A DNA stretch of 63,420 nt, taken from assembly GCA_030324005.1 (NCBI GenBank), contig JARDVH010000073.1, positions 69,998,595-70,062,014 on the forward strand, given 5' to 3'. Made by a program: the position numbers and the translations under genes. Below, piece by piece: positions 12,900 through 24,088 of this stretch. This DNA is from Negaprion brevirostris. Its lineage: Eukaryota. The number at the start of each line of letters is the position of its first letter. Position 1 is the first letter of the stretch. The notes under the pieces are model-generated. The model made no database searches. It was not told where the DNA came from and was given only the letters and a program-made list of their open reading frames with translations.

Positions 12900-13335
12900 C
12901 ACACATTCATCAAAATGATATGAGGGCTTAAAAGGGCTAAGTTATGAGAATGGGGTGCATAAACTTGGCTTGTTTCCTTGAGTTTAGAATAATGATCAAA
13001 CAAAGCTCTTTAAAAGCACACAGGGAGTTAATAGGGTAGACACAACTGAAACTATTTCCTCAAGTGGGGAAATCCAGTACAAAAGGGCATAACCTTAAAA
13101 TTAGAGCTAATTTAGGAATGATATTAAAAAGCAGTTTTACACACTATGTGATGGAGTGTGGAGCTGTTCCCCTAAAATACTGGATGTTGAGACAAATGAC
13201 ATTTTTAGGTGTCAGATTGGTAGATTTTTGTGGGTAAGTACTGTAGAACATGAGCTTGCAAATGGAGTTGAGGTACTGATCAGTCATGATCTAACTGAAT
13301 GGTGGAGCAGACTCAAAGTGCCAACTCCAATTACT
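12900..13335 (+). mobile_element. Old CR1 3' fragment
   Basis: Degenerate homology to the younger CR1 at 34375-35035 (aagggcataaccttaaaattagagcta) and a gatctaactgaatggtggagcag tail. Confidence 0.65.
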
Positions 13336-13839
13336 GTGTTCAAATGTTCGCTTTGATTAAAAGGCCCATTATTCTTTGCTCTGTGCAACACAAACAATTG
13401 CTCTGAATGTGAAAGGTTATGGTCAGATTTTTAGTGTAATATTTTGAGATTCTGCCAGTAAACTCATTGGTGTAAATCAGGTGATTCTGTGCTCCTAAGG
13501 GGATTGTCACTTGAAGGGATGCTATGAAAGGAGAATTGGTGCTTGCCCTTTCACAACCCTGTGCTTTTCTTCATTGCAGCTTTCTGGGCAGGCCATAGAA
13601 CCATTTCATTTACTCTGGTGAGTAGCTGAGAACACCAAAAAAAATCCAGTTTTGAGGTTGGTGATCTCTGGGAGGGTGATGGTGGTCTGATAATTGCCTT
13701 TAAGGCCCTTGGGTGGAAAGTAAAATCCAGCCAATAAAATCCTGATCACTTGTCTGCTGGACAGTAATCCCTTACTGCTGTACATGTGTATCGATATCAA
13801 AACAAGATAATGTTAAACTCAAAAGTGATGCTGGGTCAT

Positions 13840-14046
13840 AATGGCACAATGGTTAGCACCACCGCTTCATGGCCCCAAGGATGAGGGTTCAATTCCAGCC
13901 TTGTGTGACTGTGTGGAGTTTGCATGCTTTCCCCATGTCTGCATGGTTTTCCTCTGGATGCTCCAGTTTTCTCCCACACTCCAGAGATATACAGCTTAGG
14001 TGGACTGGCCATTCTAAATTGCCCCTTAATGTCCCAAGATGTGTAG
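13840..14046 (+). mobile_element. V-SINE 5' portion running into a gap
   Basis: Head and V core present. Confidence 0.8.
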
Positions 14047-14237
14047 NNNNNNNNNNNNNNNNNNNNNNNNNNNNNNNNNNNNNNNNNNNNNNNNNNNNNN
14101 NNNNNNNNNNNNNNNNNNNNNNNNNNNNNNNNNNNNNNNNNNNNNNNNNNNNNNNNNNNNNNNNNNNNNNNNNNNNNNNNNNNNNNNNNNNNNNNNNNNN
14201 NNNNNNNNNNNNNNNNNNNNNNNNNNNNNNNNNNNNN

Positions 14238-15281
14238 CTTGTAAATCTGCTTTCAGGCACTCCCATATGCCATTAGCCTGAAAAAAAATCACGGGTCTGA
14301 ATTGCGCTGTGGCCAGGGCTTAGCACGCCTAAAGCAATCGGAGCTCTGAACTGCGCATGTTCGCATCACTCCTGGGCAAAAAGCAGTTAAAGCGGCTCGG
14401 GAGCGAAAAGCAGGAGCAATAGCTCCCACAGACATTGCTCCACCCCCACAACATAACTGTCCCCCTTATCCACCCATCCCCACACTACCCAGATCGATCG
14501 CAACCCTCTGCCCCCTTTCCCTGGACTGATTGCCCGCAGAATGACAGCAGTCCTCCCGCCTCCACCAGAGATTTATCTGGCCTCCCTCTGCCTCCCCATC
14601 CCCCAAACCACCAGACAACAATGGGCTTCCTTCCTCCCCCCACCTCCCCGCCACCAGAAATACATCTGACCCGCCTCCTCCTCCTTCCCCCCTACCATAG
14701 AATGATCGGGCTCACCTCTGCTCCCCTCCCCCCCCCGCCCATNNNNNNNNNNNNNNNNNNNNNNNNNNNNNNNNNNNNNNNNNNNNNNNNNNNNNNNNNN
14801 NNNNNNNNNNNNNNNNNNNNNNNNNNNNNNNNNNNNNNNNNNNNNNNNNNNNNNNNNNNNNNNNNNNNNNNNNNNNNNNNNNNNNNNNNNNNNNNNNNNN
14901 NNNNNNNNNNNNNNNNNNNNNNNNNNNNNNNNNNNNNNNNNNNNGTTGGAAGCTCTGAACTTACATCTTCAGAAGCGGGAGTGCCTGAAACAGACCTTTG
15001 CCCAGCATGTCTGTTTTGCACCAAATCTGGACAGGCGAACACGATGGTAAACGGGGAAATGCTGATAAAGTTGGGCGGGCAGTTCACTAATTCAGTTTAA
15101 ATGCATGCAAATGCATTTAAATCATTGTTACAGTCGTGAATTGGATCGCGGCCATTTTCAGGCCTCGGTAAAGTGGCATCTACGCAGACGCAGGAACGAA
15201 TTGCGTTAATGGCCTCACGCCCGACTTTACCATGTTTTCACAGCCAAAAACGGGCACGACGCAATGGTAAAATCGGGCTCT
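14238..15281. mobile_element. CpG-rich putative non-autonomous DNA transposon with C-rich interior
   Basis: Sharp composition change. The right end ggtaaaatcgggctc resembles a GGGC-type terminal inverted repeat; the left end is lost in a gap. Confidence 0.4.
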
Positions 15282-15571
15282 ATGTCTCCTTGTGGAAGAA
15301 CAGCTCATCAACAATTACCTGCCATCCACTGTGATTCTGATGTGCTATTCTTGCTGAACTCCTTAGCAGCATTTCATATTCTTATCCAAGCCACCCCACT
15401 GTCTCATCTGTTATCTAACAAGGCAAAGCCCTCATGGTCTATTCAAATCCAGCAAATGCATGCCCAATGGTTATTTTTCCCACCCTTGAGCACTCACCAC
15501 TGAATCTATCCTTTGGCCATTACTTTGGTGGTATCATCCACCATAGGCATTGGGTCAACCTTTACATTAGG

Positions 15572-16130
15572 CCATAAGACATAGGAGCAGAAATAGGCCA
15601 TTCAGCCCATTCAATCTGCTGAGCCATTCAGTGAGATCATGACTGACCCAGTATGATAATCCTCAGCTCCATTTTGTCTCCTTATCCCCATAACCCTTGA
15701 TCCCATTACTAATTAAAAATCTGTCCATCTCAGACTTAAGCATACTTAATGACTCCATCATCCTGTGTGATAAAGAATTTCACAGATTCTCTATCCTCTG
15801 AATGAAGAAATTCCTCCCATCTCTGTCTTAAATTGGTGACCCCATACTCTGAGATTATGCACTCTGGTCCTATACTCTCCCACAAGGAGAAACGATCTCT
15901 CAGCATGTACCCTGTCACGCCCTCTAAGAATCCTATATATTTCAATAAGGCTGCTTCTCATTCTTCTAAACTCCATCGAGTACAGGCCTAAACTATTCAA
16001 CCTCGCGTTATAGGAAAATCCCTACATATCCGAGGTTACACTAGCGAACCTGCTCTGGACTGCCCCCAATGCCGGTATATCTTAAAAAGGGGACTAAAAC
16101 TGTTCAGTGTTCTAGGTGTGGTGTATCATA
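15572..16130 (-). mobile_element. CR1 LINE 3' fragment
   Basis: SLGLYSMEFRRMRSSLIEIYRILRG (CR1 ORF2 C-terminus) plus 3' tail. Confidence 0.85.
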
Positions 16131-16876
16131 CTTGTATTCTAATGATAGCTTTACTAACCTCCTCCACTTTCCTCAGCCCTGTGATGACCTCTGTGCTGCC
16201 ACATTACCTATCTGATATTGATGAGTCAAAAATTCTTCCAACATCAGGAAGACTAATGTCACTATTTCTCACCTGCACAAATGCCCCTTCTCCACCTCAG
16301 GCTGGGACATCCTGTTTGTTTCAGAACTGATTTAATACCTTATCCATTGCATGCCAGATCATTTATTTTCCAATTCTGCAACATAATCCACCTTAGTCCC
16401 TTTGTCTTATTCACACTTTTGTCACCTTTGGAATTCTTTTCTCCAGCATTCTGCTTGCTAGTCTTTCATCTTTCACCCTTTATAAACTTCACTGGGCCAA
16501 AACTCAGAGCTCATGTTAATCCCACAAAGGCATCCCTCCCCCAACGCCCCCAAAATCCTTCGGGTGCCCAGAATTGGGAACAATGGTCACAGTGGGGATG
16601 AACTGTTTTATATTGGTTTGGCAAAATTCCTTGGATTTTGTAGTCTATGCCTCTATTTGTAAAGCCCATTGAAAACCCAGCTTTCAGTATGATGTACTTT
16701 ACAACCACAGCTTTGTCAGGTATTTGCACAAAACTTGGTTGTTCATATTATGCCACCAACTCCACTTGTCTGAACCTGGCTCTCCTCAATATAGGGCAAC
16801 AACATTCAAAAGACTTGAACCTCAAATACCACAAACACCAATGCTATGTACAAATGAGATACCTTGAATTAAGACT

Positions 16877-17477
16877 GTGGTGGCACAGTGGTTAGCACGG
16901 CTGCCTCACAGCACCAGGGACCTGTATTCCATNNNNNNNNNNNNNNNNNNNNNNNNNNNNNNNNNNNNNNNNNNNNNNNNNNNNNNNNNNNNNNNNNNNN
17001 NNNNNNNNNNNNNNNNNNNNNNNNNNNNNNNNNNNNNNNNNNNNNNNNNNNNNNNNNNNNNNNNNNAATCATGGAATTCCTACAATGCAGAAGGGGGCCA
17101 TTTGGCCCATCGAGTCGGCACTGACTCTCCAACAGAGCACCTTACCCAGGCCCTGCCCCTGAAATGCCACATATTTATCTTGTTAATCCCCTGACTTCAC
17201 ACATCCCGGGACACTAAGAGGTAATTTTAGCATGGTCAATCAACCTAACATGCACATTTTTGTACTGTGGGAGGAAAACAAAGCCCCCAGAGGAAACCTG
17301 CTGGAGAGCATACAAACTCCATACAGGCAGTCACCCAAGGCTGGAATTGAACCCAGATCCCTTGCATTGTGAGGCAGCAGTGCTAACCACTGTGCCCACT
17401 CATAAGATACTCTGTCAAAGAGTCAGTGCAGACTCGATGGATCAAATGATCACCTTCTGCGCTGTAGGTTTTCTGTG
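16877..17477. mobile_element. Nested V-SINEs: plus copy (head 16877-16932, tail ~17401-17477) containing a full minus copy (17067-17399)
   Basis: The head and tail of the plus copy flank a complete antisense copy. Confidence 0.7.
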
Positions 17478-17715
17478 AACAATGACATATTCTATCGCAT
17501 GACTTCCTATCTCACGGTCAAGCAAAACAAAAGGCAGAACATTTCAGTTAATTAGTGCCGACCCATTCACTTGCAATAAGGTGCTATTTCTATCCAGAGA
17601 AGTGGGCTTTGTTAACTGAAAAATGACACATTGCAATGAATGATAAACATTTTCTCATTTTAAATTGAAATTAACCACACTTAAAAATGCTCTGCATGGC
17701 CCATATAATAGAACA

Positions 17716-17920
17716 AATTACTGCAGATGCTGGAAATCTGAAATATAAATAGAAAATGCTGGAAATTCTCAATAGGTCATGGAGCATCTGTCGAGAAGAA
17801 ACAGAGTCAACTCTTCAGGTCCATGACCTGTGCTAACTCTGATGAAGGATCACTGATCTGCTTCTCTCTGCACAGATGCTGCTAGATTTGCCGAGTGGTT
17901 CCAACACTTCCTGTTTATAT
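17716..17920. mobile_element. Fold-back mini-element from a second Penelope-type terminus family
   Basis: Inverted arms (gcatctgtcgagaagaa / ttctctctgcacagatgc) with central CTGATGAAGG at 17839-17848. Homologous to 23911-24088. Confidence 0.6.
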
Positions 17921-20370
17921 TAGAGTAAAACTAACCCCTTTTGCCAAACCGCTAATCAAACTTCTTGTCAGCATCTCATTCTCCTCAGCAAAAAAAACCC
18001 AGCTACAAATACCTGAGCTCTGGTTTGGCCCAACATATAACACGAATTTCAAAAAAAAATGTTACACTACAAAGAAAACATAAGCAACATCACGTTAAAG
18101 CAGTAAACTGATTATTAAAAAATATGAGTAGTTAATAAAAAATTGCAGGACAAAACGTCTTTTGCCTTTTTGTTTAAAATTCGGAACGCATGAGAGTTAG
18201 ACAAGCTCCAAGTCGAATGACCTCCTCCTGCTCCTATTTTTTATGTAAATCCAGTTCACCAGGGAAGAAGGAGCGACCAGGGCCGAACTAAGGAGTTGAG
18301 TTTAACTAACACTGATCTTGCATTTCCTATTGGTGGGGCACACTCTGAGCTGGTGGCAGAATTCATAAGGAAATGGGGGTCGGAAGCGAGTTGTCATTCA
18401 GCCTGGGTTTTCCTCCACACTTGGACCAATGTGTGGAAAGATGGGAGGGCATTTGTGTCTATGTCTCTCACTGAGCAAGGTATATGTGTTTGTGTGAGGC
18501 TCAATCTCAGTTTCAGGGTCTCATTGTTTTTCTCTGTCTCACATACACATGCGTACACACTCTATCTCACTGTCTCTTATACTCTCACACAGTCACACAG
18601 ACACATGCTTATTCATTCTCGCACATACACACACATTCACTCAGATGTACTCACTAAGTCTTTGTAGCTTAGTGAAAAAGTCCAAACTTCTCAAGTTTCT
18701 TTTCCTAAATTTTCCTCCTCATCCTTCCTAATATCCTGATGAACCTACATTTCCATTACTTTGTTAATCTTATTCGAGGGTAGCCAAAACTACACAGTTT
18801 ATGTCCAGCCATGACCTTTCACAACCAGCACTTACTCACTCACCCCCAGGCCTGTTGTCATGAGGAGGAGTTCAGGACAACTGTGAAAGTGACAAGACTT
18901 GCCTCCCCCCATTGCCTCCTGCCCCAACACCATCCCCCCCAAACCTCCCTGGCCCTGTTGAACACTCCCGCTGCCTGGGCCTTGCTGTTGCTGCAGCTTC
19001 CTCTTTGCTTGCCTTCCGGCTTGCTCCGCCATCTTGACTCCTGTAGTCCTTCATTGGGGTTATGCCTGCGGGTGACGGGGAGGGCATTGCCAATGGCAGA
19101 CTGCTTCACCAAGAATGCATTGTGGCTGTAAAAACAAATGGCCTGGTGGTCTTGGGCTCTTGATCCAATTGCCCCATGTATGATAGAACTCTGTCCCAGG
19201 ACAAACATGCTTGTCTGTGAGTACATTGGAGCGTGTGGTTGCCAATTGAGAAAGGGAGCAGTGCTGCTCTTGAAGACCCAGGTGATTAGCACTATGTGTA
19301 CCCCCCTCTGCTGGGCTCTCTTTATCCTTCTACCCACCCGCCTCTAACTCTGTCCCCACATTTCTTACACCCAATTCACCTGTTTTCTGATCTAGATCCT
19401 TTACTAAGGCTACCTTTATATTTAAAAAAGCTGTATTTAAAAAGATGTCTACTGAATATGTCACCCTATTATTACATGCTCCTGTTTGTTGCTGTGCACC
19501 AGCTCCTCAGTTTTATAGCTCCCAGCACTTCTCAGGCAATTGCTATGCAATCTCTACCTGGGAAATTCCAGAGATGGTTTTCCAGCATATCTTTGGTGTA
19601 CCATAAGACCTTAGAAGTTATGGCCCGAAATGTATCACTTTAAAGTGAAAATTGCATTCTCTCTTAGCATTCCAGTCTGATTATTCCCCTATATCTCACT
19701 TCAGTTGAAGACGACACTTGAACCTTAACTCCCAGTGTGCAAAATTAAGATAATATTTTGTCAAACCCATTGGGCATGATTTGCCAATCTCGTCCCAGCC
19801 AAAAGCTCCATTCACCACAGCGGTATCACAGCCGCAGATAAGGTTGGACGTTTTCAGTGTACATTGCTTTTGTTAGAAAACAATTAACAATTGTATGAAT
19901 GAGTGGTAAATGTGTCAATTGTGGGTACATTGTGGCTTTTCCTTGTTTCTTGTATCTTTTCTCATCCTGTATTAGTGCATTCCATTCCATTACAACATTA
20001 GTAGAAGCAGCTGGTATTACCGGGGAGTTTAACATTGTTTGGTCATAAAGTTAATGAATAAAGGTAGATCCTAACAAACTTTAACTATGAGGAGAGCTGA
20101 AATTTCAGTTTGAGGCTTTACCTGCGGACTCTTTACCTTCCTCAGTGGATTGAATAAACTAGAGAGAGTTCAAAGGCTTACTATCACCACCTTACATTCT
20201 TAAGATAAACTTCTATTGTGTTTCAGATTTTCTAACAGACCTTAGAAATTGTCATCAAAGTCAGAAGCGCAACTTCAATGTTTGTGTCTTCTGCTCTCTT
20301 CTGGTAACGTTTCGTTGAATAGACTTATGACAAGTGAGCCAAAGGATTTTACCCTCTTGAACCATATCCT

Positions 20371-21655
20371 GAAGTCTCACAACACCAGGTTAAAGTTCAA
20401 CAGGTTTACTTGGTAGCAAAAGGCACTAGCTTTTGGAGAGCTGCTCCTTTGTCAGGTAAGTGGGAGTTCTGTTCACAAACAGTGCGTGTAAAGACTCAAT
20501 ATCAATTTACAAGATAATGATCAAAATGCAAGTCTTTATAGGTAATCAAATCTTAAAGGTACAGACAATGTGACTGGAGAGAGTGTTAAGCACAGGTTAA
20601 AGAGATGTGTATTGTCTCCAGTCAGGACAGTTAGTGAGATTTTGCAAGTCCAGGCAAGTCGTGGGGATTACAGATAGTGTGACATGAACCCAAGATCACG
20701 GTTGATGCCGTCCTCATGTGTACGGAACTTGGCTATCATTCTCTGCTCAGCGTCTCTGCGCTGTCGTATGTCGTGAAGTCTGCCTTGGAGAACGCTTACC
20801 CAAAGGTCAGAGACCGCTGAAGTGTTCGCCAACAGGAAGGGAACAGTCTTGCCTGGTGATTGTCAAGCAATGTTCATTTGTCCGTTGTCGTAGCGTCTGC
20901 ATGGTCTCCCCAATATACCATGCTTCAGGACATCCTTTCCTGCAGCGTATTAGGTAGACAACATTGGCCGAGTTACAAGAGTATGTGCCATGTACCTGGT
21001 GGATGGTGTTCTCATGTGAGATGATGGCATCCATTCGATGATCCAGCATGTCTTGCAGAGGTTGCTGTGGCAGGGTTGTGTGGTGTCATGGTCACTGTTC
21101 TCCTGAAAGCTGGGTAGTTTGCTGCAGACAATGGTCTGTTTGAGGTTGTGCAGTTGTTTGAAGGCAAGGAGTGGGGATGGCCTTGATGCCAAGGAAATTG
21201 GAAGCCATATTGATAAATTTTTCCAGGTCCAAATAAGATAAAGGAGTTATGGGCAGGGGTCGTAGTAGGACTGGAACAAGGAATGCTTCATGTAACCTAT
21301 AAAGACGCGCACATAACTGGGACCCATGCAGGTGTCTATAGCTGCACCTTTTGTTTGGAGGAAATGATACGTGTTTAAGGAGAAATTGTTGAATGAGAGA
21401 AGCAATTCAGCCAGACGGAGGAGAGTGGTGGTGGATGGGGATTGTTCGGACCGCTGTTTGAGGAAGAAGCAAAGAGCTTTGGGAAATGGAGGTGTAAAGG
21501 GATTGGGCACCCATGGTGAGGAGGAAGCATTTGGGTCAGGGAAGCGGAAGTTGTTGATATGGCATAGGGCATCGAGGAATCCGTGGATAATTGGTGGGAA
21601 GGGACTGGACAAGAGGAGAGAGAATGAAAGAACTGGTACAGATATGATAGACTGA
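20371..21655 (-). mobile_element. Penelope-like retroelement remnant (RT fragment, GIY-YIG endonuclease, 3' terminus)
   Basis: YSCNSANVVYLIRCRKGCPEAWYIGETMQTLRQRTNEH (GIY-YIG) and LLRLAELLLSFNNFS...FLQTKGAAIDTCMGPSY (PLE RT). Internally deleted and frameshifted. Confidence 0.9.
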
Positions 21656-22570
21656 CTGACTTCCCATACTGTATCATTCTCTAATTGCAAGTCTTAATAA
21701 CCCATGTTAAATGAAAAGGAATATGATCGCTTTTCAAGGTTTTTACTAAAGCGTGATATTAAAGGTTGCACAGGACATCCAGCATTGAGCAAGTAAAAAG
21801 GAAAGACACCAGCCCTTGCTATTCATGTCTGTTATACTCTCAATCCACTGCAGCTTTTTTAATACATTTAGCTGCTAACTGTAATACATACATGTTCTGT
21901 TTCAGGAAACCTTGCCAGGGTTTAAATGGATTGGAAATCGAATTGATGAGCTCCTGCAAAGTGGGAAAGAAGTGCTCTTTTCATTTGAAGAATCCATTGG
22001 TATGCAGTGCTCTGTACTTTTCTCTCTCTTCTGGTTTGGCCTTATGTTAGAGGGAAGACTCATTGTTTCCAGACTTGCTGCAATTAAATACAAGTGAGTT
22101 AGAAGGCTAGGATTCATAGAATCCCTACAGTACAGAAAGAGTCATTCAGCCCATCGAGTCTGTACTGATCACTATTCCACCCAGGCCCTATCCCCATAAC
22201 CCCATGCATTTACCCTAGCTAGTCCCCCTTAGACTNNNNNNNNNNNNNNNNNNNNNNNNNNNNNNNNNNNNNNNNNNNNNNNNNNNNNNNNNNNNNNNNN
22301 NNNNNNNNNNNNNNNNNNNNNNNNNNNNNNNNNNNNNNNNNNNNNNNNNNNNNNNNNNNNNNNNNNNNNNNNNNNNNNNNNNNNNNNNNNNNNNNNNNNN
22401 NNNNNNNNNNNNNNNNNNNNNNNNNNNNNNNNNNNNNNNNNNNNNNNNNNNNNNNNNNNNNNNNNNNNNNNNNNNNNNNNNNNNNNNNNNNNNNNNNNNN
22501 NNNNNNNNNNNNNNNNNNNNNNNNNNNNNNNNNNNNNNNNNNNNNNNNNNNNNNNNNNNNNNNNNNNNNN

Positions 22571-23377
22571 GCAAACTACCCAGCCTTCAGGAGAACAGTG
22601 ACCACAACACCACACAACCCTGCCACAGCAACCTCTGCAAGACGTGCTGGATCATTGACATGGTACCATCATGTCACGTGAGAACACCATCCACTAGGTA
22701 CACAGTACATAGTCTTGCAACTCAGCCGGTGTTGTCTACCTGATACGCTGCAGGAAAGGGTGTCCCAAGGCATGGTACATCAGGGAGACCGTGCAGACGC
22801 TACGACAACGGACGAATGAATGCCTCCCGACAATCACCAGGCAAGACTGTCCACCTCCTGTTGAGGAACACTTCAGTGGTCAAGGGCATTTAGCCTCTGA
22901 TCTTCGGGTAAGTGTTCTCCAAAGCAGGATTCACGACACACAACAAAGCAGAGTTGCTGAGCAGAGTCTGCTAGCCAAGTTTTGCACACATGAGGACGGT
23001 CTCAACAGGGATCTTGGGTTCATGTCACACTCTCTGTAATCCCCACGACTTGCCTGGACTTGCAAAATCTCACTAACTGTCCTGTCTGGAAACAATACAC
23101 ATCTCTTTAACCTGTGCTTAACGCTCTCTCCACTCACNNNNNNNNNNTTACCTCTAAGACTTGATCACCTGTAAAGACTCACATTTCAATTATTATTTTG
23201 TAAACTGAGTTTGTGTCTTTATATACTCTGTGAACAAAACTCCCATTCATCTGACGAAGGAGCAGCACTCCGAAAGCTAGTGGCTTTTGCTACTAAATAA
23301 ACCTGTTGGACTTTAACCTGGTCTTGCGATACTTCTTACTGTGTTTACCTCAGTCCAATGCCAGCATCTCCATATCG
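22571..23377 (+). mobile_element. Penelope-like retroelement 3' portion (GIY-YIG and terminus)
   Basis: Reverse-complement homolog of 20371-21130: VVYLIRCRKGCPKAWYIRETVQTLRQRTNE...FCTHEDGLNRDLGFMSH. Confidence 0.9.
23247..23283 (+). ncRNA. Minimal type I hammerhead ribozyme motif (Penelope-type)
   Basis: TCAT-CTGACGA-A-GGAG-CAGCA-CTCC-GAAA-GC-TA-GTGG: intact CUGANGA and GAAA boxes, stem II, palindromic AGCU stem III, CUA cleavage triplet and a weak stem I. Confidence 0.75.
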
Positions 23378-23685
23378 TAACTAATTTTCAGAATGCAGGG
23401 ACACATCCCTTTCTGCGTTGCTTCTTGTTAATTATTTACTTTGCTCCTGTTTGATGTAGCACTTTGCTGATGGACAGGATGTACTCAGCAGTACAGTACT
23501 AATGCAGTGAATGAAAACAAACTCTGGTCAATAATTAATTGATGCATTACTAGACCCAGAGTTGAGTAATTCATAGAATGGAGTTTTGTTGCCTTCTTGA
23601 CTGCCCATTCATTCAGTCTTTCTGCCATATTCTTATCCTACACCATTGTAAATTTACATCCCTTTTGCCAACTCCACAGCAAGCA

Positions 23686-23910
23686 TTTGATTTGATTTGA
23701 TTTATTATTGTCACATGTGTTAGTATTGTTTCTTGCATGCTGTACAGATAAACCATAGCGTACATAGAGAAGGAAAGGAGAGGGCACAGAATGTAATGTT
23801 ACAGTCATAGCTAGGGTGTAGAAAAAGATCAACTTAATATGACGTAGGTCCATTTAGAAGTCTGATGGCAGCAGAGAAAAAGCTATTGTTGAGTTGGTTG
23901 GTATGTGATG
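23686..23910 (-). mobile_element. Rex1/Babar-like LINE 3' tail
   Basis: (ATTTG)n tail with atttattattgtcacatg; homologous to 5256-5420. Confidence 0.75.
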
Positions 23911-24088
23911 TGCAGATGCTGGAATCTGAAAAAAAGCAGAAAATGCTGGAGAAACTCAGCAGTTCTGGCAGCATCTGTGGAGAGAGACTAGAGCCAATGT
24001 TTTGATCCAGACTTGAAACTTTGGCTTTATAGTCTCTCTACAGATGCTGCCAGATCTGCTAAGTTTTTCCAGCATATTCTGATGTTTT
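23911..24088. mobile_element. Fold-back mini-element, same family as 17716-17920
   Basis: gctggagaaactcagcagttctggcagcatctgtggagagagacta pairs with tagtctctctacagatgctgccagatctgctaagtttttccagc. Confidence 0.65.

Noticed and set aside
14435-15100. Pro-rich 221-aa ORF
   Set aside because: Translation of the C-rich interior of a repeat plus a gap.
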